DNA of 64,000 nucleotides from Phyllosticta citribraziliensis (Eukaryota): NCBI RefSeq assembly GCF_038025025.1, contig NW_027117348.1, positions 186,001 to 250,000 of the forward strand, read 5' to 3'. Shown piece by piece: positions 61,156 to 64,000 of this stretch (position 1 is its first letter; each line of letters starts with the position of its first letter). The notes under the pieces were generated by a model. It saw only the letters and a program-made list of their open reading frames with translations, ran no database searches and was not told where the DNA came from. The position numbers and the translations under genes were made by a program.

Positions 61156-62550
61156 AAGGGCTTCCAGAAGCTGAGATGCTGCTCATTCTTGCTTTTGTGG
61201 CCTTCATGGAATTGTGAATCTTCTTTTCTTCGATTTTTTCCCCTTTCTTGCTTTGATGGGGCGGCAATATGCTCAAGAGGCGGAAGGACGGGGTGAAGCA
61301 ATGTCTCGTCAGTATTTTCAGCATCGAAGTATCTCATGTGCATCGAGAGCTTTCAATTGTGGGTAGAACTATGGAAGCGGCCTGGTCTTCTGGTTGAAGA
61401 GCTGGGTGATGGGGATGCAGGCGTCGACAGCGAGGGCGGTGGTACTTGCTTCAGCAATAACACCAGCGATGACTATGCGTATGATGCCAGAGTCAATGGG
61501 ATGCATGTCACTGGACATTTCAATTCTTCGTTCTGTGGGCTTCGCTGTTTGCTTTATAAGGTACATGTAGAAGATTCGCTGCCTGAGGCGTGAGAGGGAG
61601 CTGGTGGAGGCGACTTCCTCTCTTGACTTCGCAGCCAGAACCTCTCCAACACCACGACACCTCATCCTTTCAACACCACAACCTTGCAGCCTTCGCCAAT
61701 GGAGCGGGCCTCCATGCCATTCAGTGGACCGACGTTCTGAGCTCGAGATTCCTCAGAGCAGGTCGAGACCCCGTCGCCCGCTCCGTCCTGCAAGCTCGAC
61801 GCCGCATCGCCCTCAACGCGCTCGAGAGTTGAGCGACCGACGACAAGGTGAGTGACCTCTACCCCCCTCAGTCATTCCGATAAGCTGCTGACTCTTCTGC
61901 TCTCCCAGTCGCGGAAACACACGTCCCTGCTTTGCAAGCCTCAAGGCAGCACCTCAAGGCAGCACTCCGCCCAGCCGACGAACAACAACCCCGCAATCGT
62001 GCGACCGAACAGCAATTTCACACTGAGGATATTCAGAGGCGAGGACTTGGCGCCGAGGTAAACGATTCCTCTTCTGCTCGCGCTTTCGAACGGATTGCTG
62101 ACATTGTTTCTCTTCGGCCGCAGAAGTCGACCCCTCCATTCCTGCAGCCGGGCAGCGAATCCACCCCAAGACGCGCCCCTTCGCGCAACGAACAACATCC
62201 TCGCTACTCCTCAAGCAGACTGCGAATCCACCTCGAGATCCCGCAAGCCCCACGACGAATCGACCTCTAGAGGGGCCAGCGGCGAGCGACCGACGTCAGA
62301 CGAGCGTCCGGTCTCCTTTTCACTCCTCCAGGCAGGTTGGCAACGTCGCTGATCTTGCATTTGTGGAAGAAACACCGTTCCCTGCAAATAAGATCGCGAA
62401 CCTTCGTGGTAGGTCCTCCGCTCCTCTCCTCCAAACCGTTTCCGCTGACGACTATCTTCAAGTCCTCTCCGATCGACCCACTGCCTTTCTCCATTCTTCG
62501 TCGCCACCGATGATCGACCATAATTGACCCGAGTTCGCATCCTGGACACC

Positions 62551-63675
62551 ATGTCGGACGTCCCGGCACGACCTTTTCGCTTCCTCGACTTGCCGCCGGA
62601 ATTGCGGATGATTGTCTACGAGTTCGCTATGGGCGGACGATGTTTTCAATTCAACAAGTACCGGCCAGATCCGTCATGGCTTACTGGACGGCACAGACTT
62701 GATTACAGCGTACTTCGCTTGAAACTTCCTGCGAGCCGAAATACTTTTTATCGCAGACTTGATGGTACCGCCAGAAGCATGGCCCACATGCCCAACATGC
62801 AGCTTCTAATGACCTGTCGCCAAATCTACTACGAGGCAAACGCAGTTTTCAGCAAGAAAAACATATTTTCCTTCAGGAGGCCTGCATCTCTGATTGAGAT
62901 TTGCACTATGCATTTCCCTTGGACCCTGGTATCCGCCTTGAAATCGATCTCATTGCGTATCCCCTTGTCACTGTCCGGGTTCGAGAGGCCGTCGGGTAGC
63001 GACACGGCACATGCAACGTACCATCGACTTTTCTTTGTCCAAGACTCCTGGCACCAGCAATTTTGGGGACGACATATGCATAGCCTTCGGCAAGTTCATG
63101 TCACCGTACGTATCACCGAAGGATCGACCGGCTCTTCAACACACGGCCCAAAAACATGTTGGGCATACGAAAGCACGGAGAAAGATTGTTCGTGGAAAGA
63201 CAATCTAGACGCCAAAAAAGTTCGACAAGTTCCTCCGTCTCTCTGCTACCTTGCCTATTCAAACCCCAGCGTTGAGATGACTATTTCTGTGGATAGCTAC
63301 GAGCTGTATTGGGCACTCGAGTACGATCCGAAGCACCAAAGTTGGCCGACGCCTTTCGGGATGGATGCGATAGCAAATTGGTTCCAAGATCTGGTTGAGC
63401 GCGGCAAGGTCGATCCCAAGGCCCGCTTTTGCTGGCCGCGCGAGGCAGGCCAGGAGGAGGGCTACGTCCACGAGACAGCAAGTTGTAGAAAGTGTGCACA
63501 GTGGTACTTCCTTCCGGCTCGGCTTCATCTGAGGGAAAAGAACAAGAATGCCTTCATAAACGAATGGCTCCGACGCTTGGAAGAGTGCAGGCGTCATGGA
63601 CCCGAATCACAGGGGCTGATTACCTGGCCGGAGTCGGATGAAAGTGAGGCGATGGAGGAAAGTGGTGACGATTAG
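62551..63675 (+). CDS. Hypothetical protein with an F-box-like N-terminal motif, same family as 59936-61155, 374 aa
   Basis: Motifs: PFRFLDLPPELRMIVYEFAM..MQLLMTCRQIYYEANAVFSKKNIFSF. It also shares a later L..LA.SN....(V/M).IS(I/V)D segment with the upstream gene. Confidence 0.75.
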   Translation: MSDVPARPFRFLDLPPELRMIVYEFAMGGRCFQFNKYRPDPSWLTGRHRLDYSVLRLKLPASRNTFYRRLDGTARSMAHMPNMQLLMTCRQIYYEANAVFSKKNIFSFRRPASLIEICTMHFPWTLVSALKSISLRIPLSLSGFERPSGSDTAHATYHRLFFVQDSWHQQFWGRHMHSLRQVHVTVRITEGSTGSSTHGPKTCWAYESTEKDCSWKDNLDAKKVRQVPPSLCYLAYSNPSVEMTISVDSYELYWALEYDPKHQSWPTPFGMDAIANWFQDLVERGKVDPKARFCWPREAGQEEGYVHETASCRKCAQWYFLPARLHLREKNKNAFINEWLRRLEECRRHGPESQGLITWPESDESEAMEESGDD

Positions 63676-64000
63676 GGACAGCCGACTGAGATTGCACAGC
63701 CGATAGACGAACATTTCGGAGGCGCAGAGGCAACAGATGTCGAGCTTTGACGCATACATATATGGGCATCCTTCTGGGAAATTCGAGATGTTGCCGTGGG
63801 GAGAGGTTGTTGCTGTCCGGACGGAGACAAGGGCTTGCTTTCACGTCGTCGCTGTATGGAGACCAGGTATTTCGGGGTAATATTGAGGCTTTCTTTCTGT
63901 GCTTGAGGTCTCTTGCCTTTCTATCACGTCTATCTTGCTCGGCCTTTCGATTCCTGGTTTTCTCGGGGGTTGGGTCGTGGGAGTCGATGCGGTTGCTGCA

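Noticed and set aside
1..64000. tRNA, rRNA or other structured ncRNA genes
   Set aside because: None were recognised by eye; tRNAscan-SE/Infernal would be needed to exclude them.

Overview
This is eukaryotic DNA from a filamentous ascomycete. It has short introns (mostly 45-63 nt) with CTAAC/CTGAC branch sites, one RIP-like AT-rich island and fungal gene families; a Dothideomycete-type genome is my inference. The most notable part is 9.2-31.8 kb. A ~2362-aa protein there combines a ZNFX1-like SF1 helicase, an NF-X1 zinc finger, three CbbX/SpoVK-type AAA+ modules and a C-terminal Cys/His motif. It lies head-to-head with a ~470-aa protein carrying DXO/Rai1-like PD-(D/E)XK nuclease motifs. Directly after it is a tandem array of six F-box-like paralogs with the same two intron positions: one has a premature stop, and there are two extra exon-3 fragments, one fused in frame to a Ty1/copia RT scrap. 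I read this as a candidate RNA-sensing/ubiquitin defence island, which is inference. The other genes are ordinary: GH43+CBM35, two GNATs, a Cys-rich single-pass membrane protein, a CVNH lectin, a phytase-like esterase and two further F-box-like proteins. The gene-poor stretches hold a scrambled, tandemly amplified mei2-like RRM relic (46-50 kb) and a 16-bp motif present four times (50.6-53.4 kb). All gene models and family calls were made by eye; no database searches were run.
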